This document shows positions 1 through 12,555 of a stretch of DNA of 64,000 bases, in pieces (within the stretch, counting starts at the first letter, position 1; every line of letters begins with the position of its first letter). The stretch lies in contig CM114271.1 of the NCBI GenBank assembly GCA_050084515.1, positions 33,728,001 through 33,792,000 of the forward strand, in the 5' to 3' direction. The DNA is from Blasia pusilla (taxonomy: Eukaryota). A program made the translations under genes and the position numbers. Under the pieces are notes generated by a model that saw only the letters and a program-made list of their open reading frames with translations, searched no databases and had not been told where the DNA came from.

Positions 1-433
1 TATAAGAACAGATGAGCAAACTGCTGACATCCTTACAAAGACATTGTCTAGAGATAAGTTTGAGATGTTTAGAAAGGATTTAGGTGTTAGAGATATCGAT
101 ATGAGCTTGAGGGGAAGTATTGAAGATTGAGTTACAGTCAAGCTCATGAGACACCTGAACTGCTACATTTTGCAATCACACGAAGTAGGGAAGCTTAATC
201 TTGGTTAGTCAGTTAAGCATGATTATTTTAACTAGGATTAGTTAATCACAATTAGGCTAACTCGAGACTATGGTTAAGGATAGGGTTATGATTGCTTGTA
301 CATACCCTATATAATTGAGAAGAGAACCAGCCTCCAATCATTCTCTCATTGCAAATTTTGTTCTCCATGGTGATGTGTGTGTGTGTGTGAGAGCCGTTTT
401 CCACTAGTTATGCTTGTTTAGTAGTTTTCCACA
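1..433 (+). mobile_element. 3' end of a Ty1/Copia element: RNase H C-terminus, PPT (109-117) and 3' LTR (118-433), inserted into the gag region of Gypsy copy 1
   Basis: Frame 2 reads IRTDEQTADILTKTLSRDKFEMFRKDLGV (Copia ADxxTK motif), followed by GAGGGGAAG and an LTR ending TTTTCCACA. The same LTR occurs at 61388-61690 followed by a PBS. Gypsy sequence resumes at 434. Confidence 0.9.
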
Positions 434-1899
434 TGCGTGAGGCTAGGATGGCTACTCAGATACAACAGCTACATGAGCATATTGCCGCTATGGCATTGAG
501 GTTACGTGATGCCGGATCCGTGGCATCGACATCATATGGAGCAGCCATAGATATGGAGATCCTGGTTGGATGTGCGGGGTTGCCCAAATGGAGGCCGCCG
601 CAGTTGTGACGCGTGGAGCAGCCGTAGAGTTGGATCCACAGCGGGGGAAAGCTAGGAAATAGATCAGGCTTCCTCAATCTTTCACGTTGTCTGAGGCGAT
701 GAGGACCCCATCGATGGGTCCTGATCAGAGTTCTTGGAGAATTGGTGATGTTGTTGGTATGCAGGCATGGAGGGCGATGGGAAAAGCGAGTGTGACGACT
801 CCTATTGTTGATGCTCAGGAGGGGCATGTATCAAGCACGTTGTTGGGGGCGGCCACCATTGTGTACCGCGTTCCTTTATTTTTGCTTCCAATATTATGAC
901 ATTGGGAGGTATATCCGCCGAGGTTTTGCGGCTGGACGCTACGCTATGTGAGCGTGGAGTTGGAGTTCCTCCATCACATTCAGAGGTGATGGACCTACCC
1001 TTGGAGCGGATGCTGGGGCCGTCCACGTCAGATTCATGGCAGGTTCCGGTTGCTAGGATGGCGGAGATGCCTGCTAGACCCGCGAAGAGCGTGCCATGGT
1101 TTCTCATGGTGTTGTGTTGCTGGATAACCGGGGAGAGGTCTTCCAATTGGTGAGTCCCGAAGATAGAGCTTTTAGTCCGCAACGCGTCTTGTTGGATTCA
1201 GGAGTGCAACCCCTGATGTTGGGGAAAGCGTCATTCAGAGGATTGGGCATGATAAGAGCCGATGTAGAGAGTTGTCCATTCCGGATATAGACATCCTTGG
1301 GTGGAGTGAGTACCACATAGTATATCACGCGACAAGAGGTCATGGTGAGGATTCGCCCGGGACACCCTACAAATGAGTCTGTGATGCAAGGCAAGGCGAT
1401 AGTGATTGATGTAGAGTCCTACGACATCTTGGTTGGTGGAGCAGTGTTGTACCCGATGGGGTTTTCCTTGGATTACTGGGAGGAATCAACGTCCTATAGA
1501 CCAGGATGGCAGTCAGGTGATGGGCGCCTTAGCTCATTACCCGTTCGATTCACAAGTGCAATGATGGAGCGACGGCCAGGAGAGATGGCGACCTTAGCAG
1601 CATTTAGCAGTGCCATCACTCATCACAATGATTTGATTGAGGGACATATCCATGTAGAGGATACTCCCGTTCTTGACATTTCTATGCAGAGGAGTGTCAT
1701 GGTAGCCGCATCAGTCCGTGGATGAGAGGTGCAGCTTTGGGGCTCGATTGAGGAGCTTCGATGCTTAGCCATTGAGCATGTGCAAACCACGTGGAGCGAA
1801 ACGTTTGCACCAGAGTGTGAAGGGTCAGAGGAACCCCAAGTAGGCAGGAGTGCTGCTATGATCCTTTTGGACACCACCCCGATTTTGTGGTGCATCCTA

Positions 1900-4150
1900 G
1901 AGAAGGATATTCGGGTGTTGGATCTCTTTGGAGGGATCAGCACTGGGTTAGCTATTGTTTTGCACAATGCGCGTGCAGTAGTACCTGTACGTGGAGATTG
2001 ATGATGTTGTGAGACACACTTCACTTCACCATGTGGCGCTGTTACACCTCCATTTTCTTGACTTGTTGTCTGCATCCGCCATTCAGGGTTACGAGGATTC
2101 CCTACCGAGGGACATTTCATTGTTGGGGGCGCAGGACTTGGAGCGGGTAGGGACCATAGACTTGGTCATTGCTGGTTGGCCGTGTCAGGGCCAATTGAGT
2201 GCTAGATGAGATAGTGGATTAGCTAACACTCGGTCCAGGTTATTTTGGGAGATGATGCGGATCTTGCGATATTTACAAGAGCATCAATCTTGTTCTCCAG
2301 CATATATTTTGGAGAATGTGCCAATTTTGGGCGATTCGAGGTCCCACGTGGTGACGAGTGCACATCAGGTGCGCGCATGGATTGGGCGAGCAGTGTTGTT
2401 AGATGCGGTGTTGTATTGAGAGCCTTTCTTCGAGTAAGGACGGGCCTTCTAGCTACGGTAGACGTGATCGATGCAAGGTGAACTCTCTAAGAAGTTCTCC
2501 TTTTTCAATACAAAATTTTTATGTATACTCTCCATTCTCTCACGACAGGTATCACAAATGGAACTACCGAGGCGATCATTTCTTCGTAACATCGGACCCT
2601 GAAATTCCTAACTATAAAATCCCTATAAACTACTTTACGCTTGTACACGAGGAAGATAGCACAACTAGTGTTAAACCCTACTTGAGCAGACCTATTGACA
2701 TCCATGGATGGTTATATAAGGACATACAAAGTACAATCCCATGTCCTTCCATATGTGACGATAGGAAGAATCATTGGAGTTGGAGATTGCATGACCTGGT
2801 TCATGAACGTCTCCCAAAAGTGATAAACTAAATTGCGAGTGAACTAGTTTCTATGTACAAAGAGCACCTTGACATGATAAGGATTGAGGAAAGGAAAGTT
2901 GGGCATAACTCGTGCTCCATCCCAATCCATGCTTGACAAAAATTCTCTACTCTCCTCAAGAATGGGTTTTGGCAGAATTATTCTCCCAAGAGGGGTAATC
3001 CACTCTCATTGGGACAGTAACAAGCCAAAATATTCATTATTTTAGTATGACTAAACTCTTCTAAGCTGAAAAGCCTCTCATCTCCACACACACACCCCAC
3101 TCTAGAAACCTCTTGAACAATAGACCATGGTCGAGTTACTCTCCCAAGAGGGGTGATCCACTCTCATTGGAAGAACAAGCAATCCCAAAGCCATACACTC
3201 AAGAGTGACACGAGAGACTCAAGATGTGGAATAGAAGATGATGAATCCTTGAAGGTCCCTCATCTTTATATACTCACGAGGGATCCACAAGAGTAAGAAA
3301 TAGAGCTAATCTTATCTTATGCCACATGGCTTCCTCTCAAGGCTTAGCCAATCACATTTTGACACAAGTAGATTTCCTCTTATATCTCCCAAAATATCCT
3401 CTTTTATCCACTTGATATTTTCCAAATTACTCCAACTATTCTAGCCACCAACCAAGACTACTTTTTCTTTCCATTAAAGCACCAACCTCACTACTTTACT
3501 TTTATAAAGTCATCTTTTATTTCTTACCTATTTTCCTGAAGTTGGGCCCGCATAAAAGAGGCATCATAAAGAGGCTTAAACATGGGAATTTCCTTTTCAT
3601 AAGCTAATTTACTTAATACTAATAAAACTCTATCTAACACTTAATGAAGAAGGAGTTTATACACTGGCTGATTTTACTATACAACAACGGCGAGTGTGGG
3701 TTCACGAGCACATCGCCCGCATCTTTGGTGGACCAGCTTGGTACCACATGAGGTACCAAGTTATGAGTACCAAGGTATTGCGGAGGCCTAATGCAAGAGT
3801 GGAGTGTCCCTCCGATTTGTTGGTGGATTCTATATTGGATCTAGACAGTCAATCACAGGTAGTGAGGCATAATGATCGACCGTCGTTGACTATGATCAAC
3901 AGGATTGGCATGCCACGAGCCGCCTTTCCCACATTGGTGAGTTTTCCCGCTTCCTATGCATTCAAGGAGGCCGGACCTGACTTGGTTTGGGATGACCAGG
4001 TATAGAGGTTGGTGGAGCCCAACGCCGATGAGTGAGAGCGAGCGATGGGATTCCCAACAGGAGTGACGGCAGTATCGTCACTATCGGAGGCATCACGACG
4101 TCATGTCTTGGATGAGACGATGGACCTGAACTGCTTGACATGGATTTTCA
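1900..4150 (+). pseudogene. DNMT3-like C5 cytosine DNA methyltransferase domain inside Gypsy pol, interrupted by a solo LTR
   Basis: Motif I IRVLDLFGGISTGL (1909-), motif IV IDLVIAGWPCQG (PCQ 2180-2188), RLFWEMMRIL, motif VI YILENV (2312-2320), motif VIII LLDAASVGSRAHRPHLWW (rejoined across 2408/3691), motifs IX-X ERAMGFPTGVTAVSSLSEASRRHVL (4036-4110). Confidence 0.92.
2409..3686 (-). mobile_element. Solo LTR (~1.28 kb) inserted into the methyltransferase domain
   Basis: Termini TGTTGTA...TACAACA; flanks GCGG/ACGG (4-bp TSD with one transition). Removing it restores the MTase frame. Internal ~32-bp direct repeat at ~2980 and ~3140. TATA-like TATATAAAG on the minus strand at ~3265, so orientation is tentative. 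Confidence 0.85.
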
Positions 4151-7100
4151 GCTTAGGAGTAGCTAAGCAAAGTCATTTGAGGATGCAACAGATCACAGTT
4201 GTTCCGTTGTTGAGCCCCATGCCTACCGAGGCGGTTGAGGCAATGGCTGGGGGCGAGACCCGAGGAGATCGACACACTAGGGATGATCGGGAGAGACACC
4301 CTTGGACTTCTTGGGATGTTTTGCAGATACGCTAGGAGATGATAGCCACAGCATCGAGTGTGGTTCCGGGTACTGCACGTGGAGATGAGAGTTCTATTTT
4401 CCGAGATAGGGTTGCACCATAGCAACTACCGACACGCGTGCCGGAGAGTCCTACCATAGTCACGATGGAGACTTGGGAGCCAGATATGGGCCCTAAGTTG
4501 ACAAGAGGAGAGCGGCGCCAGATACACCAGTTCCTTATGAGTTATAGGAGTTGTTTTGCATATAGTATGCATGATTTGGGTATGTTGAAGGGTCCAAGGA
4601 TCCGCATTGAGTTGTCGAGTGACACGCCAATATTTTGACGAACCTACAGGTACACTGACATAAAGAGGGCTATGATTCAAAGTATGAGCCAGGACTTGGT
4701 TGGAGCAGATTAGTGGAGATGTCGCATGGAGAGTATCCATCTTCCACTGTCATGCCTGCCAAGAAGGATGTACATGGCAACTGGACGAATAGGCGGATAT
4801 GTGGAGATTACCGACCTATCAACCGGCAGACGAAGTCTGATAGGTATGCCATGCCCACCCCTGAGGAGATCTTTGATGCGATTGGGCATGCAAAGATCTT
4901 TAGTTCATTGGATTTGTGAGCCGGATACCATCAGCTGCCTATCAGATTGGAGGACAGGCAGAAGATGGCATTTTGGGGCATCAATCCTCACGGGAAGGAT
5001 TGTTTGTACCAGTGGTAGTTCTTACCATTCAGGTTAAAGAATGCCCCGGTTGAGTTTTAGAGGGTCATGGATAGGATCTTGGCAGGTCTAGATTTTGCTA
5101 GGTGTTATATTGATGACATTGTAGTCTTTAGCACCATGGTTGAGCAGCATGAGCGACATCTAGAGGAGGTGTTTCGACGATTGCAGTTACATGGAATGAA
5201 GCTACATCGAGGCAAGTGCAAGTTCTTCTATGACCAGATTGAGTACTTGGGTCATACGATATACCCTAGGGCCCTTGGTATGCAATAGACAAAGATAGAG
5301 GCTATTTCACGCATTCCATGCCTTATTGATGTGAGTCGAGTTCATGCATTCATGGGATTGGCAAACTTCTATCAACGTTATGTCAAGGGTTTCAGTTCGA
5401 TTGCAAAGCTAACCTTGATGACCAAGGTGGATAAGGAGTGGCACTGGGGGGATGAGCAAGAGAGATCATTTCAAATGCTCAAGGACAGATTGATGTCCGC
5501 GCCCATATTGAGGAGACCGATCAAGGGGCGTCCTTTCCAATTGCATACCGATTGGAGCATGTTGGGGCTTGGAGCCGTCCTCACCCATCATGACAATGAT
5601 GGTAGAGAGTTCGTGGTGGCTTATGCTAGTCGCTCGAACAATGCTGCAGAGGCGAAGTATAGCTCGTATGAGGGTGAGTGCTTGGCTGTAGTGATGGCTG
5701 TCGCACATTTCAGATGTTATCTATTCGGCAATCCCTTTACCATCATTACTCATCATTAGCCACTTAAGTGGTTGATGGAGTCCGAAAAGCTTACAGGGAA
5801 GCTTGCAAGGTGGGCTCTTTTGTTGCAGGAGTATGAATTCGAGGGGTTGCATAGCTCTGGGACGTTCAACCAGGATGCAGATGGTTTGAGCCGTAACCCA
5901 TGTAGCGTTGCCAGCACTGTGGGTGCTAGAGAGCGTGATCCGATCCTATATCAAGCCAGACGGTTCCGGTGGGAGGACACACATGTATTGCAAGTGTGGG
6001 AGGATGGTAGAGTGCATGTAGTGCCTCATCCTTCGCAAAGAGCACGTTTGGTGCGTCATGCCCACGAGGAGTTGGATCATTTTGGAGTGAAGCAGACATG
6101 CAGTTTGCTCTAGATTCAGTATTGGTGGCGAGGCATGCAGACTAACCTTCAGTAGTTTGTTGCTAGATGAATGATGTGTGATCGAGTCCGAGCATCGTTC
6201 AATGCTCCAACTCCACAATTGCATCCACTTCCGATCATGGGTTTAGATTATAGATGGAGTTTGGATTTTGCAGGATCTTTGCCTTTGACGGAGCACCATA
6301 GTCATTATGTGTTGGTGATGGTCGAGCACTCCTCGAAGTGGATAGAGTTGGTTGCATTGCCTAAAAAAGCGAGTGAGGGAATAGCGTATGCCTTCCTAGA
6401 TCGAGTTTTGAGTCATTACGGCACACTAGTTGAGGAGTGGATAGACTAGGGTACAGAGTTCCGCAGGGAGTTTCAGGCCTTGTGTGATCACGCACTCATC
6501 GACCACCGCACTACTTCGCGAGATCATCCTGAGGCGGATGGACTAGCCGAGCGGGTTGTGCAAACGGTGAAGAGAGGACTACGCAAGTATGGCTTGCACA
6601 GAGGTTACCTAGGAGATTGGGACCTTCAGTTGCCCTGGTTGGAGATGCGATACAGATTCAGCAAGCAAGCATCCTTAGCATCTTTTTCACCGTACTTGCT
6701 ACTTTATAGTTGAGAGCCAGATTTACCAACGGCCATTCGTCAAGATACTGGTGAGGTGTTGAACCTTCATAACCCTGATGTATGGATGCAATCATGTTCT
6801 CAGAGGGCTGAGTTTTTTTGGAGAGTGATGCCCATGGCGTTTGAGAACTTGGAAATTGCGCAACATCGGGATACGTTGAGGTATGCGACTATTCAAGGAG
6901 GTGGTTATCAACCTACTATCTGGAGGTTTCATCAAGGAGACTATGTCTACTTGCAACAGACGGCACCTACGATGTTGGATGTGACTCCAGGGCACACCAT
7001 ATTGAGAGTACGTGAGGTTTGTCATCCGGTGTTCTCTTATTGGAGGGACCCGATGGTATGGTTTGGAAGGACCATATGCGTAATTGTGCGCCATATCATC

Positions 7101-7460
7101 TTCCGAACATTGACGGTAAGTTGATCCGAGCTTAGCAATAGTTCTTGCATGCTTGCGGTGTATGTTGCGTGGTTCCGCCCATGGTGGAGCCACTATGCTA
7201 GTCCGTGATGGGTGTTTTGAGAGGATGGCATATGGCATGTTTGACGCCACATCTCACTAATGTTCCTCAAGGACGATGGATGTGTCCCATATGTACATAG
7301 AGTAGGTAGTTCTACATTCCGACTTGTGTCTGTAACATGGATGACAAGAAGGCGACTAACGATGGGGTCACATGAGCACCCAACCTTCTTGCTCTTAGCG
7401 TCCGAGAGATGTATGTCATGGTAGGTAGGGATAGATGGCTACCTGGAGTTAGGGGGCCAT

Positions 7461-8229
7461 TGGAGATATTTTGGTACTTCTTGTCTCATTTTTTGGATGC
7501 CATGAGTTAGCATGGGATTTTCTGTGTTTGTGTGTGTGTTTGGTGACAGCGATGTATGTTGTGTAGCAATGTGTATGCGCACGATAATTATTCTCGTCTT
7601 TTAGGATAGATTGGTGAGATCTGGTAGATTCTTTTATGAGTAGTGGAGGACAGGCTCAGTAGGTCGAGGATGACCTGCTGAAACCCTAAATGTTAGAGAG
7701 CAGGTTTTCCCTTCGTTTCAGCTCATTTGGAGCCATATTGAGGAACTTACTATTTTAGGTAAGTATCATTTTGAATATATGATCAACTTGATATTTTTGG
7801 TAAGTGGCCCTTGACCTCCTACATTAGGTCAAGAGCCAAGGAGGTGACTTGGGAGCATAGGTTACCGTGGAGAGAGCTTGGGAGAGGGAAGAGGTATACC
7901 TCAAGGAGAGAGAGCTTGAAAACTCATTCTCTCTTTGTTGAACCTCTTGGCATGAGGCGGTAGAACTATGGTCTTGCTTGCCTTGTGTGTGTAACCCAAG
8001 CCTCTCATTAGGAGATTGGGTTTGGTTTGACATTGAGAGAGAAATGTGAGAGTGCACACATGTGAGAACTATGGTGTTGTGAGAGAGATTGGATTTATTT
8101 TATTGGAGATATTTTCGTACTTCTTGTCTCGTTGTTTGGATGCTATGAGTTAGCATGGGATCATGCATGTTTGTGTGTGTGTTCGGTGACAGCGATGTAT
8201 GTTGTGTACCGATGTGTATGCGCACAACA
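7461..8229 (+). repeat. 3' terminal A-B-A repeat block of copy 1 (A 7461-7586, B ~7589-8103, A 8104-8229)
   Basis: A ~126-bp unit TGGAGATATTTT...GCGCAC(G/A)A(T/C)A occurs twice, flanking a ~515-bp B unit homologous to 18795-19313 and 27927-28443 (reverse strand). Confidence 0.9.
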
Positions 8230-9804
8230 CTTCCAACTCTAGATTTTGGAATTCATACTTCCAAGGAACTTATCTCATTTATATGATGGAAGGCTACCGT
8301 AGACTCTACATATCCTGAAAATCTTTTTGAAGGTTTAAGGTTAGGAAATATCTAATAAATATTGCCAATAAAAATTTTTGTGGTGATTAAAATTCAAAGT
8401 CAATCTCTATTCGATTGTAATTTTTCTAAGAATAATTCATAGATAGTATGACCCCATATACATGCCTCTAAAATATGCAATGGGCCCCCAGTCATTTTCA
8501 TAAATAAAATACTTGGAAACTTTTCCCCTTGTCTACCTAAGATCAAAACCCATATTTCAGATATATCATACATATGGAGGCTTTTTTGACAATAATGGAA
8601 ACCATAAAACATGCATGATCACTACGTTTGTCCTCCACAAATAATTAGAGTAATTATTCAAAATGATATAATGACTAAAGTTATACCATGTGCTACATAT
8701 ATTTACTTATGAGAAGGAGAGTATTATACAAAGATTCCATCATACCATGAATGAATGTTAATTTTGGTACAAACGGAGCACTCTCGGATTCTTTTGGAAT
8801 CTCATCATACATTGTATGATATATCCCAAATTCAAAGTCCATGACTGCAGGCTAACATCCATGTGATGGAAGGACTTGTCCATATGATCCCCACCTCCTC
8901 CACCCGCCTTCTCCTCCTCCCCACTTAACCTCTTGTCATGTGCTTGCCCATTGCAATTCCTCCCCCCTTGTTGCCTTGCCTGCACCCACCCAACCTTCCA
9001 CCACGAGAAATAAGTGAGGGCCCCACCTCTTGCAATCCATGTCTGCAATCATAGGTGGACTTATCTATCAGTGTCCGTTTTAGGGATGGAGTTGTCCGTT
9101 TTTGTGCATCAAGAGGTGAGTCTCTCTCCAATCCTAGTATTCTAATGATTCACCTCTTGGAAGTAAGATTTTCTTTCTTGTAAATCTGATGGGAGTTTAT
9201 TTAGCCAGAAATGAATTTATATATAATCATAATATCGATTGAGAATATGAAAATTTCTAATTTTTAATATCTCTTGATCTATATTACAATTGAATAAGTG
9301 GGAAGCATATTTTCAACAAGAGTGAGGTTTCATCTCTAAAGGGAAGAAAGAAGCATCTCCATACAATCTACATATTTCAAATAGTTATAGAATATTTTCA
9401 AAGGAAGATATGTTCTTAGAATGAAGAATATTTTATCAAGTTCAAAATTAATGAATATTTATGGGATGCTAATATATCATGAGTGCATCCTTACTAGTGG
9501 AATAGGAGCTGTTAGATATCTTAGCAAGCTTGTACCTAAATCATTCAATTTTACTATATGGACAAAGTGTGGAAATTGTTGATTTCTCACAACATTATTT
9601 GAGAGTGCCCTCTTAATTTTTGACCATCTCTTATTTTGAGAGCTAGCACTCTCATCCACTAGGGCTATTCACCCTCTCAGCCAATTACATGAATCGAGGT
9701 CAATTCAAGAGGTTTATTTGACGGTTAATAGTTTTGAGGGTCGGTTAGGTACAAGCTTAGGCACATTTTTTACAATAATAATGGGTAATTTAAATTAACC
9801 ATCG

Positions 9805-9836
9805 TTAACATGTGCATCGCATAGACATCCACTAGT
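9805..9836 (+). mobile_element. Possible Helitron 3' end
   Basis: TGTGCATCGCATAG (degenerate hairpin) followed by ACATCCA-CTAG|T. The 5' end was not identified. Confidence 0.35.
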
Positions 9837-9986
9837 TTTAATTAACACATTGCCATGATAGTGATAAATTATAAAACTCTTAAAATTTTCCTTACAATCA
9901 CAATTTAGAGAAGAATTTCCACTATTCTAAAGGCATATTTATTCACATCATACTTTGATACTTAGGTTCAAACTGATAACACAATT

Positions 9987-12555
9987 TCAAATATCAAGAT
10001 TTTAGTTTTTCTTTGGTAAAGATTAATCCCTCAACAAGTGTAAGAAATCGTGAAACAAAATTATGTTTAGGTTATTATTATAGGATGAGCCTTCAACTTT
10101 GCAAAGACTCCTCCACATACACAAGAGAAGAGTCTTGAAGATATGTGTGATAATTTATGACCCCCACATTATTTTCATCTCTTAACATCTTTCATCATCA
10201 AAGAAGGAGAATACATTTGAGCATGGATATTGTCAAATTTTCATCCATCCACAATTTCTTAGAATATTTTATTTTATGATGAAATTTTAGAAACTCTCCT
10301 CATAACTTGATTATGCCCTTCTCAAAATAATAAGAATGGTATCTCGCTTATAGCGTAGAGCATCTCCATTTCACAAAGGAGATTTTTCTTAGAAGGAAAC
10401 AACCTTTTATTTTCCATAAGATAAATTTTTGTTTTTCAAATTGCATCCATTAATTTTTCCATCTCTTCTTGAATATGATAGTTTTATGTTGTTCAAGAAT
10501 AATTTAAAGTAAATGATACATACAATAACTAAACTCAAGGAAATTAAATTGAATCTTCGAATCAGGAGACGTTAATTTAGAGAAAATTACAAATGTAACT
10601 TGGGATAAAGGAAAGGAAGAAATTGGGAAACAATTCATTACAATATTTACATTAAAAAAATATCTTCCAAAACTAAAATTAAAGTGAAGAAGAAGGAAAA
10701 AGGACCACTAAAGGGAAGGATTTAAAGTGAAAAAAATGCTAAATTAAAAGATATAAACATAACGTTATAGAAAACAAAGAATGAATTACTAAAAAGGAGA
10801 AGGGATTTTTCAAGGAAAATAAATGCATTAATTCTAATTTATTCCATAAGAATAAAGAATAATTGTAAGATATTGGAAGCTTCCTTGTAAGCTTGAAAGA
10901 CCATCAACCACAAAGTTGGGAGAAAGAAAATAGGGAAATGCCAAAAAATTAGGATCATCTAAAGATGAAAGGAACAATTCAAAAAATATTAATGAGATAG
11001 GAGCTCATAGGTGAACTATAGGGAATTCCCAAGGTTGCATAGGCCAAACGGAAATGTCCATGGACATCATCATGTTGTGTCAACACCGCATCCAAGGAAT
11101 CACATATCATGAGCCAAACCCACTTATGTGGGAGAATAGTGTGCTAGTAGAGGAACCACCATAGCCAAGAGCTCTACTCACTAGAGAGGTTAACTTCATA
11201 CATAGGGTTGAAAGGGTTAACTCTGTTCTTTGAGGGTGACTTTTCCACAATATGTCCTCTAAGGTTAGAGGACATATTGTGAAAAGTCACTCAACCGAGT
11301 TAGTTCCGTTGAACCCTATGTATGAAAGTTAACCTCTGGTAGTAGTAGAGCTCTTGGCTATGGTGGCCTCTACTAGCACACTATTCTCCCATAATGGAGT
11401 GGGTTTGGCTCCATTATATGTGATTCCTTGGAGCGGTGTTGACACAACATGATGATGCATGTCCATGGAGTTTGTGGTGGCCTATGCAACCTTGGGAATT
11501 CCCCTACTAACCTTCGCTCCTATCTCATTAATATTTTTTGAATCGAATTCCTTTCATCTTTAGATGATCCTAATTTTTTTATTTCCCTATTTTCTTTCTC
11601 CCAACTTTCAGGGTATATTTGTCTTTCCTTAACCGTCCTTCCAATACCTTCAATTATTCTTTATTCTTATGGAATAAATTAGAATTAATGCATTTATTTT
11701 CCTTGAAAAATCCCTTCTCCTTTTTAGTAATTCATTCTTTGTTTTCTATAACGTTATGTTTATATCTTTTAATTTAGCATTTTTTTCACTTTAAATCCTT
11801 CCCTTTAGTGGTCCTTTTTCCTTCTTCTTCACTTTAATTTTAGTTTTGGAAGATATTTTTTTAATGTAAATATTGTAATGAACATCTTCCTCTAGTTTAG
11901 ATTCCTTTCCTTTATCCTAAGGTTGGAGATTTGTAATTTTCTCTAAATTAATGATGATTCAAGATTCAATTTAATTTCCTTGGAGTTTAGGTTATTGTAT
12001 GTAGTGCCATTTAGCTTTAAATTGTTCTTCAACAACAAAAACTATCATATTCAAGAAGAGATATAAAATTAATGGATGGAGGATTTGAAAACAAAAATTT
12101 ATCTTTGGAAAATAAAAGGTTGTTTCGACATGCCTAAGAAAATGGGACATTTTGGGGAAATGGAGATGCTTACTCCTGGTAAGCGATTGATACCATTCTT
12201 ATTATTTTGAGAAGGTGGTGTCATGTTGTATGGTTTATGAGGAGAGTTTCTAAAATTTCATCATAAAATAAAATATTCTAAGAAATTGTGGATGGATGAA
12301 AATTTGACAATATCCATGCTCAAATGTATTCTCCCTTCTTTCACAAGAGAAAGATGTTAAGAGATGAAAATAATGTGGGGGTCATAAATTATCACACATA
12401 TCTTCAAGACTCTTCTCTTGTGTATGTGGAGGAGTCTTTGCAAAGTTGAAGGCTCATCCTATAATAATAACCTAAACATAATTTTGTTTCACGATTTCTT
12501 ACACTTGTTGAGGGATTAATCTTTACCAAAGAAAAACTAAAATCTTGATATTTGA
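9987..12555. repeat. Long inverted repeat (arms 9987-11262 and 11265-12555, 2-nt spacer)
   Basis: Outer ends TCAAATATCAAGATTTTAG / CTAAAATCTTGATATTTGA are exact reverse complements. Centre is ACAATATGTCCTCTAA-GG-TTAGAGGACATATTGT. Long perfect blocks alternate with clusters of small indels. Confidence 0.95.

Larger units (their letters stand above)
434..8229 (+). mobile_element. Ty3/Gypsy retrotransposon copy 1 (DNMT3-like + PHD family), degenerate; 5' part not visible in this window
   Basis: Ordered motifs: protease LLDSG (~1189-1203), C5-MTase (1900-4150), RT (RICGDYRPIN, LDL, YIDD ~5105), RNase H (LHTDWS, YASRS, ECLAVV), integrase (zinc-binding region, WSLDFAG, DGLAERVVQTVK, SPYLLLY), PHD remnant (~7150-7297), PPT AGGGGG (~7451), then A-B-A repeats. 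Many stops and frameshifts. Confidence 0.95.

Noticed and set aside
1900-4150. Host DNMT3 gene or bacterial restriction-modification methylase
   Set aside because: It is intronless, colinear with pol between protease and RT in two copies, and has no partner nuclease.
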